DNA of 45,321 nucleotides, taken from Escherichia phage AV129. A program made the translations under genes and the position numbers. Below are positions 18,537 to 26,397 of this stretch, piece by piece. Location of the stretch: the sequence record OR352959.1; one strand, given 5' to 3'. Position 1 is the first letter of the stretch. The number at the start of each line of letters is the position of its first letter. Under the pieces are notes generated by a model that was not told the DNA's origin, did not search any database, and saw only the letters and a list, made by a program, of their open reading frames with translations.

Positions 18537-18860
18537 TCACGCATAAAAATTCGGGTCGCGCGCGACGTCTACCAGGTAAAGGTTGCTTATGCGGTTGCCG
18601 TAGTGCCCTGGAGTGCGCTGGCGGCACACAACGGCGAAGCCGGGAGGGATTGTATTGCCCGTCTCAATAATCCACGCCACGCGTGCGCCAGACAGCGTCT
18701 TTCCGTTGCATTCGATACGTGTTCCGCCGTCGGCGGTATTGAGGTTGCCAATCTTGCAGCCGGTGGACTTCAGACGGATGACTCCGGTTTTGCTGTCGTA
18801 GGTGAATAGCTGGTTAGTCATTGCGACCGAAAAATCGATGGTTTCGTATGTAGCGTTCAT
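18537..18860 (-). CDS. hypothetical protein (weak HNH-like resemblance)
   Basis: 107-aa ORF; C-terminal GHYGNRISNLYLV is faintly HNH_3-like but the canonical His is not evident. Confidence 0.3.
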   Translation of the reverse strand: MNATYETIDFSVAMTNQLFTYDSKTGVIRLKSTGCKIGNLNTADGGTRIECNGKTLSGARVAWIIETGNTIPPGFAVVCRQRTPGHYGNRISNLYLVDVARDPNFYA

Positions 18861-19552
18861 TTTAAATTTTCCTCGTTAACCGCTATCGCGAAGCCGCGCG
18901 GAGTGAGTGAGCGGATTAATTTTGTACGAGCGGATTTACCACCGAGGCGACTATACTGTTTCGAGTATCCTTTTTCAACGAAAACAGGTTTCTTCTCTGG
19001 CATACGGAAGCCGTTGCCGGTCCATAAGCAAGTCAGCTTCGGATATGAATCGCGGGCGTTGATGTATTCCGGGAAGAGCGGGTGTACGTCATCCTCCGGC
19101 AGATACCCCCCATACTCCCACGGGTCGAACGAGTGATCCGGCTTGCGCCACTGGGTGGAAAGCACACTGCGCGGATTCTAAATCATATATGGCACTTCGA
19201 AGAAGTCACCCAGGTAAGCGGCGATCTTCGCGGTGCGCACCGCCTTAAGCTGAAAGGCTGGGTCTTTAGCCCGCTTGCGCGGGAAAGCTGGCGCGCCGCT
19301 CACTGCCAGATCCGTGCACGGAGGAAACGCATAGATGATATCGGGCGTACCGAAATCACCATTCATCGCGCGGTCAACGAAGTCCAGATCGATAAACTCA
19401 TTGCGATACCGGATTCCGCGACCATAAATCCGGTAGTCAAGGTAAGACCCGTGATCGGCTTCGGAGTAGTTGAAGCAATAACACTTATGCCCCATCTCGG
19501 CAGCACGCTCAATCATCAAACCGCTGCCGTCAAACAATGACCAGATTATCAT
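18857..19552 (-). pseudogene. ORF interrupted by one in-frame amber codon; possible methyltransferase-like protein
   Basis: ORFs 19178..19552 and 18857..19165 are in the same frame, separated by TAG at 19178-19180 plus 4 sense codons; N-terminal part has LFDGSG and FPPC motifs. Confidence 0.45.
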
Positions 19553-21063
19553 TTGCGCGCCTTTTTAGCTTTCATGTATTCCATCAAGTCGTCCTGTATA
19601 TCTCGCTTACTGTCTCGACGCTCAGCGACCAATTCGTCCAGTGTCCCGCGAGCCTGGATAATGTAGACGAATACCGGTCGTGGGTGTCCGGCCTGCATCT
19701 GGCGAACCGGCCCGATACGTTCAACGATCTGCGAAAAGTGCTCAAAGTTCCAGGTGTCTGAGAAGATTGCCAGGTGATGACCGCCGTCCTGCAAGTTAAG
19801 GCCGTGGCCCGCCGATGCCGGGTGTGCAAACATGATGGGGATCTCGCCCCTGTTCCATGCTTCCATATCCTTATTGCCCTGCTTTCCTTTACCCAACGCA
19901 ACGCCGTGCGGAAATTTCTTCTTAAGACGAGCCAGGTCATGTTTATACTGATACGCAACAAGCAACGGCGCCCCGTTCAGCTCCTCAACGATACTTTCCA
20001 GCGCGTCCAGCTTCGCGTCGTGAATCTTCACCCACTCGTCGGTCCGTTCGCCGTCTTCGTCCACCTTATACACCGCGCCGGAAGCAAGCTGAAGGCACTT
20101 AATTGTCTTCGATGCCGCGTTCGCCGCTTCCACTGTTCCGCTTTCCAGTTCGGCAAATAGCTCGCTTTCAAACTGGTCGTAAATCTTGCGGGCTTTCTTC
20201 GGCAGATCCACAACAACCGGCGTATATATTGGCTTGTCACATCCGAAGTATTCAGCCGCGTCAACGGTTAGTGATACGTCAGACAGGCGTTGTTGTATTT
20301 CTTTCTCGGAGTTCTTTAGCGGGGCGTGCTGCATCGTGAAGCTGCCAGGCTTAACAGGCTTGCTAATAAACCAGCGATCGGTAAATGCCTTATAGCTACT
20401 GCCGAGGCGTTCGCCACCGTCGACAAACCACGTCTGACCCCATAAGTCTTTTAGCCCGTTTGGCGCTGGTGTGCCGGTAAGGTTAATCCAGCGCTTGACG
20501 TGTTTATGTGCAATCGCTGCCAGTGCGCGGGCGCGCTTGCTCCCCTGCTTGCTACGATAGCCTTTCAGCTTAGTCGATTCATCGGCAACAACGACCGTAA
20601 AGGGCCACGCATCGCCGTAATAGTCAACCAACCACTCAACAACATCATAGTTAACACAAACCACGTTAGCGTCGCTCTCAAGCGCGGCAATACGGTCCTT
20701 CTCAGGTCCAGTGCCGTCTACGACCAGCAGGGATGAGAATCGCCATTTCTCCTGCTCCGGTGGCCAGGTGCCGGACGCAACGCGCAGCGGGGCCAGCACC
20801 AGTACGCGGTCCTCATGATGGGACAGGACGCCAGTCTGGAACATTTTATTCAGCGCCCACATTGTCGCGCCGGTTTTACCGGATCCCATTGTCGCCCATA
20901 TATTACATCGCTTATGCTTGAGGATGAACGCGGTTATCAACTTCTGATATTCGCGGCGTCGGAATCTTGCCATGTCTTTATTCCGCCTTTTTCCAGACTT
21001 CTGTCTCACTGTTCCAGTTCCTTTTTGTGGCGTCGTAGTTGGTGGCGTGTCCGATGTGGACAC
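19549..21063 (-). CDS. SF2 helicase (DEXD/H-type)
   Basis: Walker A ATMGSGKTGAT and DExx box VVADESTKL; true start may be the internal Met at about 20973. Confidence 0.7.
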   Translation of the reverse strand: MSTSDTPPTTTPQKGTGTVRQKSGKRRNKDMARFRRREYQKLITAFILKHKRCNIWATMGSGKTGATMWALNKMFQTGVLSHHEDRVLVLAPLRVASGTWPPEQEKWRFSSLLVVDGTGPEKDRIAALESDANVVCVNYDVVEWLVDYYGDAWPFTVVVADESTKLKGYRSKQGSKRARALAAIAHKHVKRWINLTGTPAPNGLKDLWGQTWFVDGGERLGSSYKAFTDRWFISKPVKPGSFTMQHAPLKNSEKEIQQRLSDVSLTVDAAEYFGCDKPIYTPVVVDLPKKARKIYDQFESELFAELESGTVEAANAASKTIKCLQLASGAVYKVDEDGERTDEWVKIHDAKLDALESIVEELNGAPLLVAYQYKHDLARLKKKFPHGVALGKGKQGNKDMEAWNRGEIPIMFAHPASAGHGLNLQDGGHHLAIFSDTWNFEHFSQIVERIGPVRQMQAGHPRPVFVYIIQARGTLDELVAERRDSKRDIQDDLMEYMKAKKARK

Positions 21064-21202
21064 CGGTAGCCCGGAAGCTCTTAAATTTTTGCCAGCACAC
21101 CGTCAACGGCAGCGGGTAATTCATGCCTGCGATAAACCACACGCGATCGCCCGGTTTACATTCGCCCAGCTTGGTGAGTCGGTAATGTTCTTTCATCGTC
21201 AT
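20978..21202 (-). CDS. hypothetical protein
   Basis: Start set at MTMKEHYRL (ATG at 21202) with GAGAGAGA RBS-like sequence. Confidence 0.3.
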   Translation of the reverse strand: MTMKEHYRLTKLGECKPGDRVWFIAGMNYPLPLTVCWQKFKSFRATGVHIGHATNYDATKRNWNSETEVWKKAE

Positions 21203-21220
21203 GTCTCTCTCTAAAAATGG

Positions 21221-21237
21221 CGGGACAAGCCCGCCGT
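21221..21237 (-). terminator. putative minus-strand intrinsic terminator
   Basis: GGCGGG-acaa-GCCCGCC hairpin with a T-run on the minus strand. Confidence 0.45.
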
Positions 21238-21242
21238 ATTGA

Positions 21243-21476
21243 TTATTCTTGTTCTGCGCGATAGCGGCGCTGCCGTTCGCGCTCTTTCTTATTGCGGCAC
21301 GACTTGCACTCGGCCCGATGACCGTCTGGACTTCGCGCAGTCTTGCCGGTGTACTTGTGGAACTGGGATAGCGGCTTGATGCATCCGCAATTACTACAAC
21401 GTTTTTCTTCAATCATTTCTAAAATCCTCGATAGTGCCAACCTGCACACTATACCGCTACGCGACCAATTCAGCAA
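21243..21476 (-). CDS. zinc-ribbon protein
   Basis: C-x2-C ... C-x2-C arrangement (CSNCGC ... CKSCR) and basic C-terminus; start may be internal. Confidence 0.4.
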   Translation of the reverse strand: MLNWSRSGIVCRLALSRILEMIEEKRCSNCGCIKPLSQFHKYTGKTARSPDGHRAECKSCRNKKERERQRRYRAEQE

Positions 21477-21735
21477 CCAATAAATCGCAGTCGGCTATGT
21501 TGTCGATAACGCGAACGTCAGCACCGCGGCGGGCCATCCGTTCATGTTCGCGCACCTGGTGCGGCTTCGGTTTCCCACCTGGGCGCTTCACTTCGACGAA
21601 CACTATTTTGCCGTTGATGATAATAATAAGGTCGGGCGCACCTGCGCGCCCCTCCCATGCCAGTTTTCGGCAGAATCCCCCAACGGCTTTAACCAGCTTC
21701 ATCAGGTGACTTTGTATCTTGCCTTCTGGTGTCAT
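21457..21735 (-). CDS. VRR-NUC domain nuclease
   Basis: GAPDLIII...VEVKRPGGKPKPHQ matches the VRR-NUC PD-(D/E)xK core. Confidence 0.65.
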   Translation of the reverse strand: MTPEGKIQSHLMKLVKAVGGFCRKLAWEGRAGAPDLIIIINGKIVFVEVKRPGGKPKPHQVREHERMARRGADVRVIDNIADCDLLVAELVA

Positions 21736-21968
21736 TTGGTCTGCAACTCCACGTTACGCAGACGAAGGTCTACCGGTATATCCGACCGGCCGGTTAGTGC
21801 CAGCGCCAGGTTTTCAGGCGTGACGAGTGCCGTAATGGTCTTGCCACGTTCCAGTCTAATGACGATTCTAATCTCGTCATTGTCCGTCGCGCCAGCGCGC
21901 ATAATGCTCATTTCTGCTTTCATAATCTTACTTCCTGTACCTGTACATAATGTCGCCTTCGGCGGCAA
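21732..21968 (-). CDS. hypothetical protein
   Basis: Small ORF immediately downstream of the polymerase gene; start uncertain. Confidence 0.3.
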   Translation of the reverse strand: MPPKATLCTGTGSKIMKAEMSIMRAGATDNDEIRIVIRLERGKTITALVTPENLALALTGRSDIPVDLRLRNVELQTK

Positions 21969-24900
21969 GTGGGAAGCCTTTCGCCCAAATAGGCAGGTCG
22001 CACATCAGCGCGCAAAGCTCCTCGGTCGTGTAGTCGTCGGTGTCCGGCACTTCTGTGATCAATTCGTCGTGTACTGACAGGACGATTTCATACCCCGCAG
22101 CTTCAACGCCAGGCATGGACCATGCGAGAATATCGCGACACAACGCCTGTACGATGTTCTCCGTCAGTTTGCCGCCGTAGGTATACTGGAATCCCCACTG
22201 GCGCGTCGTCTGATTCTCGCCCTGATATTTAATGCGTGTGCTGGTGCGCTTCTTGCCGGTGTCTTCGTCAATCTCGGTAGTGACAGACAGCGCGATGCCG
22301 GGGTAGCTCATGATGCGCCCCGACGGCAACTCAATTTTCAACCACCACCCAGCGGCGTTCGGGTCGTCGCGCTCCTCGTCAAAGGTTGGGTCGTGCTTCG
22401 CCTTCGTACGGACAATCTTGAGCGCTTTTCTACCGTCCGGGCGAACGTTCGCGCCAGCCCAGTATGCTTTACCAGGATTGCGGATTGCACACAACACCGC
22501 GTCCTCAAGCTCTGCCCAAAAGGCTACCGTCTTCGGGTGAGCCTCACGCCACATACGTTTGATCGCGTCACAGGTAAGCCATACGTTTTTCGGCAGTAAG
22601 TAGGTTGGGCGCTCGTCCTTCTTGCCGGGCTTCGGCGGGCGCTTCGCTTCGTTAATGCGAGCGTACTCATAACCACGTTTCGCCGCCGCCCAAATGTGAT
22701 CCGGGAACGTGCCTTTCATGACGTCAGCCATAGTGTAAAGGTCGAGGCCCAGGTTTTTAGCGAACTGCAAGAACGCCGCGACGCCGCCACCGTAGCCCAG
22801 ACCAAGCTCGCAGTTATGCGCCACCAGAAAACCAGACTTAGACGCAATAAGGAACCGGTTTCCGTCTTCCACATCAATCAGGTCGTAAACCGGCTCGCAA
22901 TAGGTTAACTTCCCGTTCCAGTTCAGCAATGCGGGTAAGGGCTTCATCGTACTTTCGCTGAAGCTCGGGCACGCTGCGCCGGTTACGGCAGTTTTCCGAA
23001 CGGCTGACAAACCGAAGGTTTCCAGGCTCATAGTTGCCGTCTGTATCGATCCGGTCCATTTCGAAGTCTGGCTTATCCCAGCCGTCCAGCGTTTGAACGT
23101 AGAGAAGAAACGACCTTTTATCTCTCTTCCATTCGTCACATACGGCAATCCCACGACCGCCGTAGTTTTTATACCCTTTAGCGCGGGGGTTTGCCGTTCG
23201 TGATATTGCCGCTGACAGCCGGTTGAGCAGCCGCGTTCTGTGCGCATCGTCTGGCATTGCGTCATCGTAGCAAAAATACTGTTTACGATACCGCTTTGTC
23301 GCTTCAATTGCGCAGAGGTTGCATTGGGATGTTTTACCCCTTCGGACGTTGTCATACCCGACGCGTCCTGGCATCGCTCCGCAATCACATTGGGCCAGCA
23401 GTTGTCTGTGCCCCTGTCGTTTTGGTAATTCGCGCAGGATAACCAGGCGTCCATACCTCTCGCCAGGGCGCGGACCATCGTGCACCTGTCTGAAACGAGT
23501 TGCCTTGCCTCCTTCCATGAATGCGTCAAGATTTTGTGGTCTTCTGTCATCAAGACCCCGTCCACGTCTATCACTGGTTTCCACCCCATAAGGTGCGCGC
23601 CTTTTGTACTCACCCATTTTTCGCCGTTCCATACTTTATCCGTTGATGTTACGGCCATAATATCCTTGAACCCGCCATTGGTCAATACTTGGGTATGGCG
23701 GTGCAAGCAAGCCTTCCCTATCTGGCGTAAATCCTTGCGGTTGGCTTTGATGTAATCCGGGTCAAGGCCAAACATCTTACCGGCAGTTTCACAATAGATA
23801 TCGCGACCGGCCTTAAACACCATTAGCGCGGTTTTCTCGCCTGCGGTCCAGGCAAGTCCACGCCCTTCCACGTTGGAGTAGTCCGCTACGACAAACTTCT
23901 TGCCCTTAGCCGGGATAATGCACCCGCGAACGGTCGAGGCTGTTAGCTTAGATATGTCATACGCCCAGTGCGCGGTCCCGCGTAACAGGGAATTGATGCC
24001 GTTGGTGAGCATGTGCGACCGGACCCAAAAAGCAACGTCGCTCTCGCCTTCGCGGCGCTTAATCTTCCCTTCGTGATCGTCGCTATACTCGCCGCGTGCC
24101 AGGTTTTGAGGCTGGAAGCCTTTACCCGCCCAGCGCAGCGTGCGCTTTGCGCCACCATACTGAAGACACCCACGGCGGCGACCATCTGCGGATAAGCCGT
24201 TAACTAACGGATTGTACTTAGTCGATGCCGTTGATGACGCACCGAGGCGCATTTCGATAAGCGCTTTGCCTTCGTCGGGGAAGTCCGGGTCTTCAAGCAG
24301 GTCGTTAAGTGTGGATTTCTGCGCGTTGTGGATTGTGAACGCAGGCGCGAGGTCGCGCAGCGCTGGCAGGAAGTCATTGCCGGTCAGCTTACCGCCGAAG
24401 CGCTCCCATGCTTCTTCCTTCAATTCTTCCTTATGCGCCTGCACCGCTTTGATCGCGGCGTTCGCCAGGTCAACGTCCACATAGAAGCCGCGGTCATTGA
24501 TCAACTGGTCAATAAGCAGGATTTCGTCTTCCTTCGGCGTGTTACCCCAGTCCGGTATGCGCCAGTAGACTTCCCTCATCGCTATAATATCCAGTGCGGC
24601 ATAGCGCAGGAATTTAGCCCATTCCTCGGGGTGCGTCTCGCGCGTATAGCGACGGATTTTGTAGGTCTTAGGGGTGGGCTTACAGAATCGTTTGATCAGC
24701 GCCTTGCCAGCCTTATCCTTCGCGTGCTCTGCGTCGACGCCCAACACCTGGCACTGCATATCGAGGCTACCCGGCAGCGCGTGTCGAAAGGCCATAATCA
24801 TGGTGTCTTCGATCTGGACTACCGGCAGGTCAATGCCCCACTTCTCGCGAATAACCAGGCGGTCAAACAGGAGGCCGTTAGCCATCACGATTTTTGCTTT

Positions 24901-25116
24901 CTTGCGGGATACCCGGCGGAGCGCCTTGCGCAGTTCACGCGGCATTGTGGGGGACTCGGTGCAATCCCATGTCTGCACGCGGCCCTCGTCGATGGCGTAT
25001 GTGCAAATCATAATCTCGGTAGTTGGGTGTTCCGCGTAGGCGTACGCCCCAACTTTCTTCAGGTCCACCCCGCTAAATGTCTCGGTGTCGAGAAACAGGC
25101 GTTCGAAGTCTTTCAT
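21928..25116 (-). CDS. DNA polymerase, family A with 3'-5' exonuclease domain, intein-containing
   Basis: Exo motif FLDTETFSG, motif A ADYSNVEGR, motif B split as RQIGKA / CELGLGYGGG around a ~299-codon insertion; C-terminal VHDE motif C. Confidence 0.85.
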   Translation of the reverse strand: MKDFERLFLDTETFSGVDLKKVGAYAYAEHPTTEIMICTYAIDEGRVQTWDCTESPTMPRELRKALRRVSRKKAKIVMANGLLFDRLVIREKWGIDLPVVQIEDTMIMAFRHALPGSLDMQCQVLGVDAEHAKDKAGKALIKRFCKPTPKTYKIRRYTRETHPEEWAKFLRYAALDIIAMREVYWRIPDWGNTPKEDEILLIDQLINDRGFYVDVDLANAAIKAVQAHKEELKEEAWERFGGKLTGNDFLPALRDLAPAFTIHNAQKSTLNDLLEDPDFPDEGKALIEMRLGASSTASTKYNPLVNGLSADGRRRGCLQYGGAKRTLRWAGKGFQPQNLARGEYSDDHEGKIKRREGESDVAFWVRSHMLTNGINSLLRGTAHWAYDISKLTASTVRGCIIPAKGKKFVVADYSNVEGRGLAWTAGEKTALMVFKAGRDIYCETAGKMFGLDPDYIKANRKDLRQIGKACLHRHTQVLTNGGFKDIMAVTSTDKVWNGEKWVSTKGAHLMGWKPVIDVDGVLMTEDHKILTHSWKEARQLVSDRCTMVRALARGMDAWLSCANYQNDRGTDNCWPNVIAERCQDASGMTTSEGVKHPNATSAQLKRQSGIVNSIFATMTQCQTMRTERGCSTGCQRQYHERQTPALKGIKTTAVVGLPYVTNGREIKGRFFSTFKRWTAGISQTSKWTGSIQTATMSLETFGLSAVRKTAVTGAACPSFSESTMKPLPALLNWNGKLTYCEPVYDLIDVEDGNRFLIASKSGFLVAHNCELGLGYGGGVAAFLQFAKNLGLDLYTMADVMKGTFPDHIWAAAKRGYEYARINEAKRPPKPGKKDERPTYLLPKNVWLTCDAIKRMWREAHPKTVAFWAELEDAVLCAIRNPGKAYWAGANVRPDGRKALKIVRTKAKHDPTFDEERDDPNAAGWWLKIELPSGRIMSYPGIALSVTTEIDEDTGKKRTSTRIKYQGENQTTRQWGFQYTYGGKLTENIVQALCRDILAWSMPGVEAAGYEIVLSVHDELITEVPDTDDYTTEELCALMCDLPIWAKGFPLAAEGDIMYRYRK
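22813..23709 (-). other. intein inserted in polymerase motif B
   Basis: Insertion starts with Cys (CLHRHTQVL), has block B-like VLMTEDHKILT, ends YDLIDVEDGNRFLIASKSGFLVAHN followed by +1 Cys. Confidence 0.7.
22874..23632 (-). CDS. HNH homing endonuclease, nested in the intein in a different reading frame
   Basis: Zinc-finger-like QCDCGA...SQCNLC, then YKNYGGRGIAVCDEW and DRIDTDGNYEPGNLRFVSRSEN; frame differs from the polymerase frame; likely start near 23518 (MEGGKATRF). Confidence 0.75.
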   Translation of the reverse strand: MERRKMGEYKRRAPYGVETSDRRGRGLDDRRPQNLDAFMEGGKATRFRQVHDGPRPGERYGRLVILRELPKRQGHRQLLAQCDCGAMPGRVGYDNVRRGKTSQCNLCAIEATKRYRKQYFCYDDAMPDDAHRTRLLNRLSAAISRTANPRAKGYKNYGGRGIAVCDEWKRDKRSFLLYVQTLDGWDKPDFEMDRIDTDGNYEPGNLRFVSRSENCRNRRSVPELQRKYDEALTRIAELEREVNLLRAGLRPD

Positions 25117-25283
25117 TGCTTTATCCTCACTACGGCGTCAGCGCTGCCGATCATGGAGAAGATGCCGTCTGACAGGGCGATCTCCTCGCCGTTGTTGCGA
25201 ATCTCGGCAACGGTGAAATATTCCCCCAGCAATTTGGACCATACCTGCATTCCGACTTTTACTTCGCTGGCTTTAATGCGCAT
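25113..25283 (-). CDS. small hypothetical protein translationally coupled to the polymerase
   Basis: 56-codon ORF (MRIKASEVKVGMQVW...) not in the supplied track; its TGA overlaps the polymerase ATG. Confidence 0.3.
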   Translation of the reverse strand: MRIKASEVKVGMQVWSKLLGEYFTVAEIRNNGEEIALSDGIFSMIGSADAVVRIKQ

Positions 25284-25303
25284 TTTTCATTGTCCTATTA
25301 AAA

Positions 25304-25322
25304 AGCCCGCATTAAGCGGGCT
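25304..25322 (-). terminator. minus-strand intrinsic terminator
   Basis: AGCCCGC-attaa-GCGGGCT hairpin with a T-run on the minus strand, downstream of the SSB-like gene. Confidence 0.55.
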
Positions 25323-25341
25323 TGAATAGTGGGTCTTGCCC

Positions 25342-26064
25342 TTAACGGCGGCGACGTTTGCGTGGCGCTTCGTCTTCGTCGTCGTCCTCATCTTCGTCAT
25401 CGCGAGGCTTACGACGTTTGCGAGGTTTTTCATCTTCCTCATCGTCATCACGACGTTTTGACTTTTTGGACTTACGCGGGCTTTCGTCTTCGTCATCGTT
25501 GCCCAAGTCTTCGTCGGAACATGAAGACCCGCCACCTCCGAAGGCTTCTCCGTCTTCACGGAATCGCAGACCCAGCAAGCCTGCCCCGAGTCCCTTGCCG
25601 TTGGTATTGTTCCACGCCCAAATATCAAGGGACACGTTACAATAACAACCAGAGTAGATCTCCTGGCCTTCAATCTCGTCGCCGTCGATGGTCAGACCCT
25701 GTTCAGTCTGCTTCTCGCCGAGTGACGTTTGAATGATAGGCTGTTTGAACGATTTGGCGTTGATGTACAACATGCCTTCGAATTCTTCGGTTACTTCGTC
25801 GCGCTCGTCGCCGTCGCGAACTGCACATTCCTTAGAATCCTGGGCGTAGTGGCGGTCCATCCACTTATCGGCATTCTTCTCGGATTTCAGCTTGTCGGTG
25901 AGCACTGCGCGCGCTGCCGCTTCCACTTTGTCCACCTGCGGGTCTTCTTTATCCAGAAGAATAACGGCACGGTATGCCGGTTTTTGTCCATCCTGTTTCG
26001 GGGTATCACGTTCCCAGATTTTCAGGAAGCATACGCGCACTTTTTTCAGGTTGACTTTAGCCAT
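25342..26064 (-). CDS. ssDNA-binding protein-like (T7 gp2.5 / DUF2815-like), with mixed-charge repeat tail
   Basis: Start MAKVNLKK with gagga RBS; adjacent to the DUF2800-like exonuclease; C-terminal alternating acidic/basic blocks ending KRRRR. Confidence 0.45.
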   Translation of the reverse strand: MAKVNLKKVRVCFLKIWERDTPKQDGQKPAYRAVILLDKEDPQVDKVEAAARAVLTDKLKSEKNADKWMDRHYAQDSKECAVRDGDERDEVTEEFEGMLYINAKSFKQPIIQTSLGEKQTEQGLTIDGDEIEGQEIYSGCYCNVSLDIWAWNNTNGKGLGAGLLGLRFREDGEAFGGGGSSCSDEDLGNDDEDESPRKSKKSKRRDDDEEDEKPRKRRKPRDDEDEDDDEDEAPRKRRRR

Positions 26065-26154
26065 TTTCCAATTCCTCATTTTCACATGTATCGGGGTTAT
26101 TGGAAGCCACCCCGTTCGGCTTGGTTGCTAATTTACTTGGTTGCGCCTAAGCGG

Positions 26155-26397
26155 TCAAGCATTTTCATTAAAAAGATTTCTGGTCACGTAGTTGGTAGCG
26201 TTCTCGATCCAGCTTAACGGCGGGCGTTCGATGTTCTTCCCCACCCAATCGGCGGCAGCTTCGCTATAGCCGTCATCCAGCCAGCGGGTCGGATGTCGAA
26301 TCATCCACGCCACCATTAACACGCCTTGCACACAATTCAGGATAAAGCCCAGCGCGCCGATAACAAACATCAATAAGATTGCAAATACTTTATTCAT
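26155..26397 (-). CDS. small membrane protein
   Basis: 80-aa ORF with N-terminal hydrophobic segment AILLMFVIGALGFILNCVQGVLMVAWMI. Confidence 0.4.
   Translation of the reverse strand: MNKVFAILLMFVIGALGFILNCVQGVLMVAWMIRHPTRWLDDGYSEAAADWVGKNIERPPLSWIENATNYVTRNLFNENA

Noticed and set aside
24328-25329. 333-aa plus-strand ORF overlapping the DNA polymerase gene
   Set aside because: Antisense to a well-supported polymerase ORF; composition not protein-like.
25358-25645. 95-aa Ser-rich plus-strand ORF
   Set aside because: Antisense reading of the repetitive acidic/basic tail of the SSB-like gene; poly-Ser is a repeat artefact.
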